Below, piece by piece: positions 52,735 to 64,000 of a DNA stretch of 64,000 nt. The first letter of the stretch is position 1. Every line of letters begins with the position of its first letter. This DNA comes from Camelus ferus (lineage: Eukaryota), in contig NC_045697.1 in the NCBI RefSeq assembly GCF_009834535.1, forward strand, positions 84,756,001 through 84,820,000, read 5' to 3'. Under the pieces are notes generated by a model, which was given only the letters and a program-made list of their open reading frames with translations, was not told the origin of the DNA and did no database searches. The position numbers and the translations under genes were made by a program.

Positions 52735-54700
52735 CTTTATTGTGAAATACAACATATATAAAGAGTAAAATATAAATGTATTAGTGCATAATTATCATGT
52801 GCTCTCCCATGCAGTTCCCTCCACCAGCATCAAGAAATAGAATACTGCGAACATTCCAGAAGCCATGGGATTATTAGTTATAATAACCTACCTCTACTCT
52901 AGAGGTCATACTCCTTATGTGGTTATTGTTTCCTTTTGCTGTTTTTCTTCATAATTTTGCCACGTATGCTTGTTTGCCTAAATAATATAGCTTTGTTTTA
53001 CAAGGTTTTTAAGCTTTACATAAATAGACTTGTACTGTATGCGTGTGTCATGTTTCATCTGCTCCATACTGTATTTATGAGAGTCATACTAGTTGTGTAG
53101 CTGTATTCTGTTTACTTGTGTTGTTATGTGAATACATTTCTTTTTTTTTTTTTTTCTACCCATTCTAGTTTAGATAGGGGTTATCAGGAATAGCACTACT
53201 ATGAACTTCCCTGTACACATTTCCTGAAATACATTTGCATTAGATTATAGAGTGGAATTTTAGGGTCATGAATATGTTCATATAGCTAGTGAGTGGTCCA
53301 TTCAGCTTTGCTACCAAGTTTATCAGGTTCCTCTACTATCTAATTCTATTCTATCCTTAGAACTAATCTTACATGAGAATTTATAAAGGCAAACTGTGGA
53401 TATTGTCCTGGAACCTATGTATTTTCACTTGATAATAGTTAAACATTTTTTTTAGTGATAAAAATTAATGTACAACATATATCCATGCTTGGATATAGTA
53501 AGTTTTAATTGGCAAATGATCTACTATGTATTTAGATTGCTTCAAAATAATTTGCAATCATAAATAGTTGAATATGAATTCAGGCAAATTTTTCTTTATT
53601 TCCTTTGAACAAAATCCTAGATGTAAAATTGATTGGTTAAAGACAGAACAGGATTTTTAAAGTTTTCAGAAAGATTAACACAATTACTCAACAATAATTT
53701 ATAAAATTACCCATTTGCTTTAAAAGGTCACCAATTTTAGTATTTAATACAAATATTTAATAGTAATATAAAATATATTTTATGATGAAAGTGCTATCCT
53801 AATAAGCATTTCTTTATTAATGAGAGTAATTTTTTACATAATATTATTTGTTGCTTACATTATTTCTTTGTAATATTTTTCTTCTTATCTTTTGCTTCCT
53901 TTTCTGTTAGGAAGATGTGTATCTTTTTTGAGATTTTGTAAAAACTTCTAACATAGTATAAAATGTTTTGTTTGACAAATATATTGAAATTTTTTCTTTA
54001 AATGTTTTAAATTTTTTGTGTTTTCCATTATCTGGTGTTAAAATTTTATGTAGAAAAGTCATTTCTTTTCCTTTATAACCTGGTGTTGAATCCCTAAGAT
54101 TTTATGATTATTTGCCCCTGTATCCTTCTAGCACTTTTGCAATCTCTTATTCCCAGGCTGCCGAATTACAAAAGTTTGTAGGGCACCATTGTTACCTCAT
54201 ACCATATTTATTGCTTTTAAATATTACTCTCTCTGGAACTTATATTAATGTATAATGACTATTTGGATCATGTAAATTTTTTCCAAGCTGTTAAACATGT
54301 TATCCAAATGCCAATATTTACATAATCAATTATTTTCACCATTGATCCAATATGATATGATCTCTGTTTCATGTACGTTGTTTCTGGACTTTTTATTTTG
54401 TCCATTGTCTTTCCTGAAGTTGGGACTATGTACTATCATCTGGTTGGATAAGTTCCCTTAAGTTTATTCTTTTTTCAACATTTCTCCTATTTTTATTATT
54501 CATTTTTTAAAATAAATTTTACAGTCATATTTTCCAACTCTGAGATACTGTCTCATGGGATATTGATTGGTAATGCATTGAATTTTCAGGTACAGTTTTT
54601 GAGAATTTACGGATTGAGTTGAGTTTTCCCAACCAGGAATGTTGTTAATTTTTTTATTTATTCATTTCTCACATATGTTGACACGGTATTTTACAATAAA
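52735..54700 (-). mobile_element. Old L1 (L1ME/L1MC-like) fragments
   Basis: tttattgtgaaatacaacatat...atcaagaaatagaa...cattccagaagcc 3'UTR, followed by T-rich antisense ORF2 remnants (gatattgattggtaatgcattgaattt). Confidence 0.7.
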
Positions 54701-56889
54701 TATCAGTAAGTTTTAGAAGCATGCTCAAGTATTTAAATATATTTAGCATAAAAATGAATGTAACCATGTACTATTGTCTTTTATTTTGACTCAGAGTAAA
54801 CAAGAGAGGAGAAATCACTTACTAAATATACTTTGTTATTTCCACCTGTCTGTTTTATAGAAAAATTCTATTACAGAGAAAACTTCTATCAACAATTCTT
54901 AAAATATTGTGCAGCAAAAATAGAATAAAACATTAAGAAACACATTTACTCTACCAAATAGTTGATAAATAAATGATAAATCTAATTGCAAACATGGTAA
55001 TAAAGAGAGATAATCAGGTACATGCTTTCTCTAATTTTCTAAAGATTAAAGATTAGCAACTACTAAAGAGACAAGATCAGCCAGTGCTCCATTATACCCA
55101 GCTGGTATGCCTTGGTGTGTAACTTTGAAATAGAGTAATGAGAGGTATACAGATATGTTCCAGCACACCAGGAAACAGCAAGACTCAGCAGAAGCACAGA
55201 TAGGAGAAAGAGACTTGCTGAGATTGCTGATATTGAAATGATAAAGTCAACGATAGAACAACTATGTTAATATATTTAAAGATAGGAAAGCCAGAGAATA
55301 AGAAACATTCATCCTTGCTTAAAAACATAGAAATATAAAGGTTAAAAAAATTTAAAAATCCAAATTAAAGGGAAGCTAAAGGTAGGGTAAAGTTTTGAGG
55401 GAAACACTCAGAGCTTAGTTTTGGGCATGTTAATACTGAGATATTTATTATACATCAAATTGCAGATGTCACATAGTCTGTAATTCTACGAATGTGGAGT
55501 TCAGGAAAGAAGTCCAGTCTAGAGATATAAATCTGAGAGTCATCCTGATGGTGTCTTTCCATATACAATTAGGGACTCAGTGCACAGTGTTGGAAAAAGC
55601 AGAGATTTGTTTCATCTTAGAGTCTTGATGTTTTCCGAAGAATTAACTTAGAAAGGTAGAGGTATTGGGAGTGTAAGGAAGAAAGTGATTATAACCTGGT
55701 GATTGAGAAGAATTGTTAGGAATCATAGTTTTTCCAACACATTTGTGTCTTCAAATATAGTGTGAACATGATATTTGGGGCTGCAGTTATCTTGAGACAA
55801 TGAAGACCCACTTTTCTAAACCACTGACATTTTCCCAAATTGTAAAATACAAGACCTAACTTTACCCTCTTGAGGTAAAAATTGGCAAGCAATTCACATC
55901 ACTCAGCTATCATAAGAGCTGTGAGAACAACTGTAAGAGACTACATTAATAATAGAAAAGTGAAAGCAGTATCAAGGGGCCTTCTGTGTCTTGATTAGTA
56001 GCACTTTTTACTAATATTTTATGTGATCTTGGGCAAATAGCCTAATATTTTTGAGTCTTAATTTCTTCATTTCTAAAATGAGGACATTGGGCTGTATAAA
56101 CCGTTGTAACATAAGTATTTCTTACTAAATTACTTCAGTTGGGATGGCATAGTATATAGATCACTAAAGTGTTTTCACATTTTCAACAACGACAGGCTAC
56201 TGCAAATTCAGAAAACCACAAACTTTGCAAAAATTTTTAAGGATAATTTAAAATCTAGTGAGTAATCATTCAAAGGACACTATCATCTCTAGAAGCCAAA
56301 ATGTGTTCATTAAATGCTAGTTTTCCAAAATTAATACCATATCCTTTAAAAATAAGCATTAGACTTCTAGATCAGAACAACATGCAAACTAAGTATATCT
56401 GTTTCAGTAAGTTTTTGACAAAGTCTTTTAGGACAAGTCTTGCCCAAAAAGGATGAGAAGTGGAAATGTTCCATAGATGGTAATATGATTAGGTAAATTA
56501 CTTGCTGGTTGAGTAACCAAACCCCAGAAATTCTGGCAACACATATTGCATTGGTATTTCTTTATCTTCTATTGAACCAACCCCATAAAAAATGCTTGAT
56601 GAGTGCCGTATGTGTTCCTTCACATTGGGTGCTGAGTACACAGGAGTGAATATGCCTTCGTTCCTGTTACAAGGAGCCTGTGGTTCATAGACTAGTTCTT
56701 TGACCTAGTACTCCTAGCCTACATTTCACTTTGATTCTTGGGGCTAGGATCCACTTATTCCACTGGATTCCTCTTCATTCTTTTTCTGTGGCCACATCTT
56801 CCACATCATATAGTCCTGTATTAAGAAACCAAATGCTTACCCAAGTCGATAGCAAATAGGTAAATTATTTGAAAATTAATTATTAAAAG

Positions 56890-58505
56890 GAGTGAAATGG
56901 GAGTTCTGATTTTGGGTAAGATGGAGTAAGTATATTTTACCCTGTATTTCTCATCAAATATAGCTCTAAAACCTGGACAGTTCTTGGAGAATAATTCATT
57001 TTGGGTCTTTGAAAATAAACAGTAGCTGGCCAACTAAGGAGGAAGACCAGAATTCAACAAATGCCAAATTGGCAGTGAGTTTTGCATATTTCTTTGATAT
57101 ACCTGGCTTGGATGCAAGGTAGCCCAAACACCAGAAGAGGGCACCAAGGTGCAGACAGATTTCCAGGAGAAACTCTAGTTCCATCTTGGGGAGTGGGATA
57201 GGAATCTCCAAATATTCAGAGAAAGTGAATGTACATTTTAAAAATTCCCCCCTCCCCATTTACATTTTTAAAATTTTCCTAGTTCTCTCATACTCTAGCT
57301 CACAGACAAACCCACAGTGGCTATGGAAACAGCAGCATTTGTGGTGGCAGCAGGAGCCCAGAATGGTCACAAATTTGAAGGGAAGGGGATCTTCCCCTTT
57401 AACTGGAGGAGCTGTGGCCCCAAGAAGGTGGAGTAAAACCCCTGTTGCTTTTGTTTCTCTTGTCATACTGCCCATTGGCCCCAGACATGCACACAGTCAC
57501 AGAAAGTGTGCAGAAGACTGGAGAAATTAAAACCTTAGCATTCTAGTCAAGGATCAAAAAGGGAAGGAACTTAGAAAAGAGAAGCCAAAGTTGTTTATAA
57601 ACTCCTGAGCTTACTCCTGAGGTCGAATTTATGTATCTGATCCTAAACAAGAGATACTGAGAGCAAACAGATAGACCACCAGTGACCACCCAGGTACCAA
57701 ACTGCCCACCAAGTGGCTCACATATGTGACAGATATGAATAACACTGCAAAGATTTGACAATGGAACTGATACTGAACGTAACATTCAAGTTATCAGAAT
57801 CATAGAAGAGAGAGAATATGATATTAAAACTTATTTGAAGAAATGATGGCTGAAAACTACTAAAATTTGACTAAAGACATAAATCTACAGATTTCAGGCA
57901 TTCAGCAAACTCTGAACATAATAAACTCGAGGAAATCTGAACCTGAACACATCGTAATAAAACTGCTGAAAACTAAATACAAAGAAAAAATCTTGATGGC
58001 ATCCAGGAAAAATGACTTGTTACTTTTAGGAAGCAATGACTCAAATGATTCTAGTTTCTCTTCAGGAACTCTGGAGCCCACCAAGAAATGGAACAAAAAT
58101 TTTAATGTGCTTCATAAACAGAATTGTTAACCCAGGATTCCATATTCAGTAAAAATATCCCTTAGGAATAAAAGTTAAATGAAAACATTTTCAGATGAAG
58201 GAAAAGCAAAAGAAGTTGTTGCTAGCAAAACTGTTATAAAATAATTGCTAAAATAAATTCTTCAGACAGAAGGTACATGATCCCAGAAGGAAAAGAAAGT
58301 TGTACTGTCAAGAATGAAAAAAGAACAGAAATCGCAAATATCTGTGTAAATATAATAGACTACTTTCCCCTTGAGTCCTTTAAAATGTATTTTACAGTTA
58401 AAATAAGAAATTATAACAACTTGGATGAATCTCAAAGGCACTGTACTGAGTGAAAGCTAGTCTCAAAGTTTGTCTACTGTATAATACAATTTATGTGACA
58501 TTATT
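56890..58505 (+). mobile_element. Old L1 (L1MC/MD or HAL1-like): 5'UTR, ORF1 remnant and 3'UTR piece
   Basis: ORF 57867 (KDINLQI...HIVIKLLKTKYKEKILMASR) matches the L1 ORF1p RRM/CTD. acaacttggatgaatctcaaaggc is an L1M 3'-end motif at ~58415. Confidence 0.85.
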
Positions 58506-58509
58506 AAAA

Positions 58510-58780
58510 TGTCTCGTCGCCTCCTTTACAATGTTTTCTCTAACCTTCTAAAGTAGCCACAACCTCCATGTTTATCGTATCATCTAGTTTTATCTGATCA
58601 TAACCATTATCATGATATAAACTGTTTGTTCATATAGTTCTCTTGTTTATTGTCTGTATCTCCCCTGCTTCAGCTGTTTGTCAATGATTTTGTTCTGTTT
58701 ACCTATTCTTAATACTTAGAACAATGCCTAGTACCCAACAGACACATTTGCTAAACATATTTATGTTTAATGGCTAAACT
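58510..58780 (+). mobile_element. L2 3' end
   Basis: ttgtttattgtctgtatctcccc...cttagaacaatgcctagtac. Confidence 0.7.
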
Positions 58781-58849
58781 AATTGGTATTTTAATAAAGC
58801 TGACACTAACACATTTGTGTCAAATGAATTGGAATGTGGTGTCTTAGTA

Positions 58850-59100
58850 GGTAATGTCTTACGAATGCTTGCTAGAATTCCAGATGTTTTTCTAATGCTT
58901 TCCATGTATTCCTTCCTTTAATATTCATAACAATCCCATGAGGGAAGTACTGTTCTTATGCTCAGTCTATACGTGAGGAAAAGAGCCATAAGAAGCAATT
59001 AATTTGTTCAAAGTCACCTTCATGTTAAGTGGTGGACCCCTGAGGTGAAATCAGGAGTTTGATGTTAGAGCTCTTACAACAATGACATTTATCCTTCTTC
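58850..59100 (-). mobile_element. MIR SINE
   Basis: tttaatattcataacaatcccatgagg...tgaggaaa...ttgttcaaagtcac. Confidence 0.7.
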
Positions 59101-61349
59101 TGCCTAGAAGCATAGTCATCAATTGAGATGCTGTTTGAGTACTCTAGACATTCTGTGATAAGGTCAGTACCTAGAAAGAAAAGACAGGAACACGTATGAG
59201 GCACAAAACAAAGTGTTGATGACAGGCTGAACATGGAGCATAGGAAGTGAAGGTTAGAGGGTATCTCTAACTTGATAGAGATACCAAGTCAATGATAGCA
59301 CTCTACTTACTGTTTCTGTAAGTAATAAAGAGAAGAGAGGAAACAGGTTTGGAGGCAGGATATGTGCCTAACAATGACTAGTAGGCAGTTTGATGGGAGA
59401 GAGATGCGGATAAAATTATAGATTGGGGAATCATTAATACACAATTTTATGCTTTCTGATTGAAAGTTTCCTGTATTTTACAACTTTAATAATTTTGAAT
59501 TTGGAGTACATTTTAATATTGGGGATATGTGTGTTTTTCTGATGTGTCTTACAATTGAAGATCTTTGCAATTACGTATTATGAGATGAAGACTTGAGAAA
59601 GAGGGGAGAGGTTAAGGATTGACTCTTAACATTTACCGTATGAAAGAAAACAAAAATAACAGGATGCTCATGAGGAGAGTAAGAGCCCGGCTTTCTCTGG
59701 TGCCACCTTATTGAGCTAACTGATTTCCTTCTGGCCAAATACATTTACTCATCAGCCAGTCAAGAAGGACTAAAACCACGTGTAAAGTAGTTCATGTCCT
59801 TTTTTTGTGTGTGTCAGTAAAAATTTAAAGTAAATTATGGAGCAAAAGTTTGTGAAACAGCTACCATGCTCTCTATCCACCTACCCTAGATACCACAAAT
59901 ATTCTGTGAATACCCCTGCTGTTGGACACACAGAACTACAGAATAGGAGAGGAGGAGCTGTGGTATCATTACGCTGCATTAACCCCAAGACACACAGTTC
60001 TTCTTGATGTAACTAAGATTTCTACATTGATCAGTTTTGCCTTTCTGTGTCTGATTAATCTCTTGCTGGGCATGAAACATTTTGGTTCAGCATGATTTAA
60101 AGCTTACTCCCTGTTTCTGGGCTACCATTCTCTCCTAGGTGAAAACCTCGAATTCATTTAGGTCCAGGTTTAGCTGTCCTTTTCTATTACTTTTGGGCCT
60201 GTTTGCAAAATAATAGTAAAATTTCTCATGCATTTTTCATGGCTACAGAGTCAAGATCAAAAGCCATGAGCTGTAAAAGTTTGAAGATTCTCTGAACCAT
60301 GTGGAGCAGGGAACTTTGTACAGAAACAAGAGCAGAGAAAGCTTCCAAAATGAAGATTAGAGTAAGAGGGAGAGTTAGGTGTAATAAGATTTGAATTTCC
60401 TTCAGACCTTCAAGAAGGAAATTGTTAATAGTTTAGGAGGAACTGTTAGATATATTAAGGGAAAAGAAGTTGAATTTGAAGAGAATTCTCCCAAGTTTAA
60501 AGGATTGCAGAAGACTAACAGAATGCTTGTAAGAATGGCTAAAAAAATTGGTTCTAAACTACCAAAGATTATTTTTCAGAGTTTCATAATGTCTATTTTC
60601 TGGCTAATGGGATAATTAAAGTATCAACCAAAAATGGGTACATTTCAATTATAGCCATACGTTGCACAATTAATAATGCCTCACAGCAAAATAAACTTGT
60701 TATTATTATTACGAGGGGAATTTTTACTGGGTTAAGAAATGTATTATCAGATTTGATTGAGGTGATGCAGAAATGTCACCTTAATTCTCATAAATCAAAT
60801 AAGGAGCCTGGAAAGTGAACTTTTAAAAACATTAAAAGTTTTTCAGCCTGAAGGAAAATAGATAAAGGCATATTCTATTGCTTTAGCAATCTTAGAATGG
60901 TAATTACGCTCCCTAAAGGTGAGTGAGTAGGAACATTTGGCAGACCACAGGAGTTTCATGCCTATAAAATGGCCTTTTCTTCAGCTTAATAGCAGGTATG
61001 TAGTGTTGGTTACCTCATTTTCACTCTCATTAAGCAGGAAGTACAGATGATTGGAAACCAGTCTCCAGATTTTTTTGTCATTGGTAGGTTCATAGATAAT
61101 CCATTAAATTTTAATTAGCAATTATATATAATATTAAGGAAAAAAGAAAGATGAAATAAAAGCACACCTTGATTCAGGGTGGAATTTTGTTTCTGATGTG
61201 ATAGACAAAATCTTACCTTTCCTTCAATCATATTTTTAATGCAAATATGAAGGTTATAACTTCAAAAAAATTATGTGGTGAATTCTTTTACAAAACAAAT
61301 ACAGACAGGTCAGTCAATATTACCTCAGTTTATTTAGTTCTTTAGGTGA

Positions 61350-62168
61350 AAACATAGGAGCCAGCCTTGATTTTACTCCTGCCTTCATATGTGACATTCA
61401 TCAAGTCTTGTCCACTGTCTTAACCGCTTCTCTACAGCAGGTCTCGGCCAGCACTTTGGCTGGCTCTGATTCCCTCAGCAGCCTCCTCCCACTGTTGCCC
61501 CTACATTCTATTCTCCACTCAGCAGTCAAAAGTAGCTTGTAAAATTGAAGCAGGGTAGGTCATTCTGTGCACAAGCTACATAGAATAAAACCCAGAGCCG
61601 TCCCTGTGGCCTGCAGGCCTCTGTTGGGGGGGCTTTGGCTTCCTTTCAGACTCCATCCACTTCTCTGGCTAGTTCCTTCCAGCCTCAGAGTCTTCCACCT
61701 GGAACATTCCCTGCAGACCTCTCCTCGTTGGCCACTCTGTTTCATTCTGTTCATTCTTTGCTTCTTGGAACAGACCATCCAGTCTCCCAGATTAAGGCCT
61801 TTATGCTGGCTCTACCTGTGCTGAGAACTCTCTTCCTCCAAACATTTGGATGCTTCACAGCATCTCCCCTGAGGCCTCCCTGGCCATCCTATTTAATATT
61901 GCCAATTCCCCCCCACCCCCGTCCCCACACTCTGGATCTTCTCTATCCCCTTCTTTTCTATGTACCACATGTCACCTTCTAAAATATCACATAATCTGAT
62001 TATGGACTCTCTTTATTATGTGTTCCCCTGCAGGCTGCAAGCTCTATGAGACAAGGATTTGTTGGTATCTTTTTTCTTTTTTTCCATATCTGTGCCCCAA
62101 AGGCCTAGAACAATGCCTGGCATACTGTGGTCCTGTAATAAATATTTGTTGAATGAATGAATGAGTGA
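61350..62168 (+). mobile_element. L2a 3' end
   Basis: attctattctccactcagcag...cctagaacaatgcctggcata...aataaatatttgttgaatgaatgaatga. Confidence 0.9.
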
Positions 62169-63074
62169 GATTGAACTATGTAGCAATCTGTCAGACCATA
62201 ATTTATGTTTAAAGAAGCAATTTCAAAATTAAGACTAATAATACAATATTCTCATAATAGTTTATAAATCTTATGTCTTCAGGAAGTAATGGAATACTAT
62301 CTATTGTTACTGAATCCAGTCGTTGATCTGAAAGAATTTCTAAAGGCAAAAATATAAAATTGAAGAGATCATCTAAGTAATTCAAAACATACTGAGGTTA
62401 TTTCTATCATTCCATCTTAGTAGATAACTCTCAACTTTCAAATTAACATCAGCATACTTTTTGTAATTTAATCTCTTATAATTAGTTGTAGCAACTCCTT
62501 TACAGTCTTCTCCACTTTTCTTTACTAAATGAGTATATCCGAAAGATATTTTTGTATCATTTTATTCCTTGATATTCTAGTTTCACATAGTTTAGGTCTA
62601 TTTTCCTCAAAAAAGGAACTTTTTAAAATTAGTTTCTTTGTTCCTTTTGCTTATTCCTTAAAAAGTGGACTATATAGCTGATTAAAAAAGAAAAAAATTG
62701 AATGTTCTTCTGTATACGGGGTAATTATAGTTATTAAAGTAAAATTAATAAAGGAAAAATGCCACATAAACTTGAAATAATTATATTAAAATCTCAAGAA
62801 GTCTTATATAAATTATTTATAGTATTGCACAAACTAGCATTTGTACTGGGAATGGTTCTGATTCATTGCAAGAAGTCTGGATAGTACCTTCTATTTATCT
62901 ATTGCACAATAGACTTATATTTGGATTAATTGGGTTGCAATAAATAAAGCATATTAGTCAATAACTGTTTTTGATATCTATATCTAGTCACTTTTAGTTA
63001 CATAGTGAAAAAAGAAAATGTCCTAAAATGCTACCCAAGGCTAGGGAGTATCGCATGGGCTTTTGATATATTTA

Positions 63075-63510
63075 CAGACCAGTAAGAGCGACGGCTGCTT
63101 TTACCCCTTCTTTTTTTGGAACTATACTTCCAAATTTTAGCTGGGTGCATAGTCACTCAGCAAGTCCAACACGACTCACTATCATCTGGATTTGGTTGTG
63201 TGACTAATTTATACCTAAAAGAATGTGAACCAAAATAATATGTGCCAATTCCAAATCATGTCCTTAAAAGGAACAGATAAACACTATACTCACTTTTTAC
63301 TCTTCCCTGCTGAGATATGAATGTGTTGGAAAGTCTGGAGAAACCACCATGGATGTAGAGATGCAAGGTGCATGTAGAAAATGACAGAGTTGTCCTACTG
63401 GACTGGTATTGCAAGCCTGTGGGCTATATTCTGAAACAGTAAACAGGTCTTGTCTTATGTCTTTATTTGAGGGTGGTTTTGTTATAGCTCTATAGACTTA
63501 CCTCATAAGA
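63075..63510 (+). mobile_element. MLT1J-like LTR
   Basis: ccccttctttt...attttagctgggtgcat...tgtgtgactaa...gaatgtga. Confidence 0.6.
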
Positions 63511-63699
63511 CCAGAGAATACAAAACAAAAACTTATGAGTAAGCAACTGTTCATTCAGGATTTTTGTGCAGAAAGCATTCCAGAATCAATTTTCACTGAG
63601 TTTTGGGACTTGGGGAACTTTGGAAGTATTATTCCATTATTTCCTAGCACCTAATATACCCAAAGAGAAAACCAGTAACAGACTGATTCTTGTTCCGTA

Positions 63700-64000
63700 G
63701 TTCCTGGTAGATGACAAGTACTTTTTTTTTTTTTTTTTTAATCTCTGGAAGCATTTGTTTTTTTCTCTTTTAATCTGAAAACATACAGTGTTTCTCAACT
63801 CTGGAAAATTTTCTTTTACTGTATCTTTAATAACCTCCCCTCTTCCAATTTCTATTCTTTGTTTTGGACCTTCTGGATTGTTTTTTATGTCTCTACACTT
63901 TTCTCATCTTTCTGTTTATTTTTTTTCCTCAACTCCTTAACTTCTACGACAGCCAACATTAAACATATGGAAAAATAGCCCTGTCGTTAAAATTTTAATT
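63700..64000 (-). mobile_element. Old L1/HAL1 ORF1-region fragment
   Basis: tcaactctggaaaattttctt...ttggaccttctggattg, an antisense ORF1 signature. Confidence 0.55.

Noticed and set aside
57867..58130. 87-aa ORF as a host gene
   Set aside because: It is an L1 ORF1p remnant.
1..64000. CRISPR arrays, rRNA, tRNA or prokaryotic systems
   Set aside because: The sequence is mammalian (MIR, L1, L2 and MaLR content), with no regularly spaced repeats or structural RNA genes seen.

Overview
AT-rich mammalian genomic DNA, probably camelid (inferred from a young Tylopoda-type L1 3' end at 32.6-32.9 kb). No intact protein-coding exon could be established, and almost all ORFs in the supplied track are noise or repeat-derived. 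The window holds many ancient TEs (MIR, L2, L1M, MLT1, LTR33, MER5, MER58, MER119), microsatellites, a strong CTCF motif (15.85 kb) and a small CpG-island promoter (46.65-46.96 kb) of a gene I cannot name. Main result: manual, frameshift-tolerant translation of the minus strand from about 0.75 to 19.1 kb shows up to nine head-to-tail, heavily decayed trypsin-fold (peptidase S1A) units. Their motifs are colinear (signal peptide, IxG, WVxTAAHC, HP..D-I-M-L, C..GWG, IT.NM.C, GDSGG, GIxSW, VYTK, WI), some spacers are only about 70-100 bp, and MIR/MER119 copies sit inside the former coding sequence. All alignments were made by eye and need a frameshift-aware profile search. Repeat subfamily names are from recalled consensus features and boundaries are approximate.
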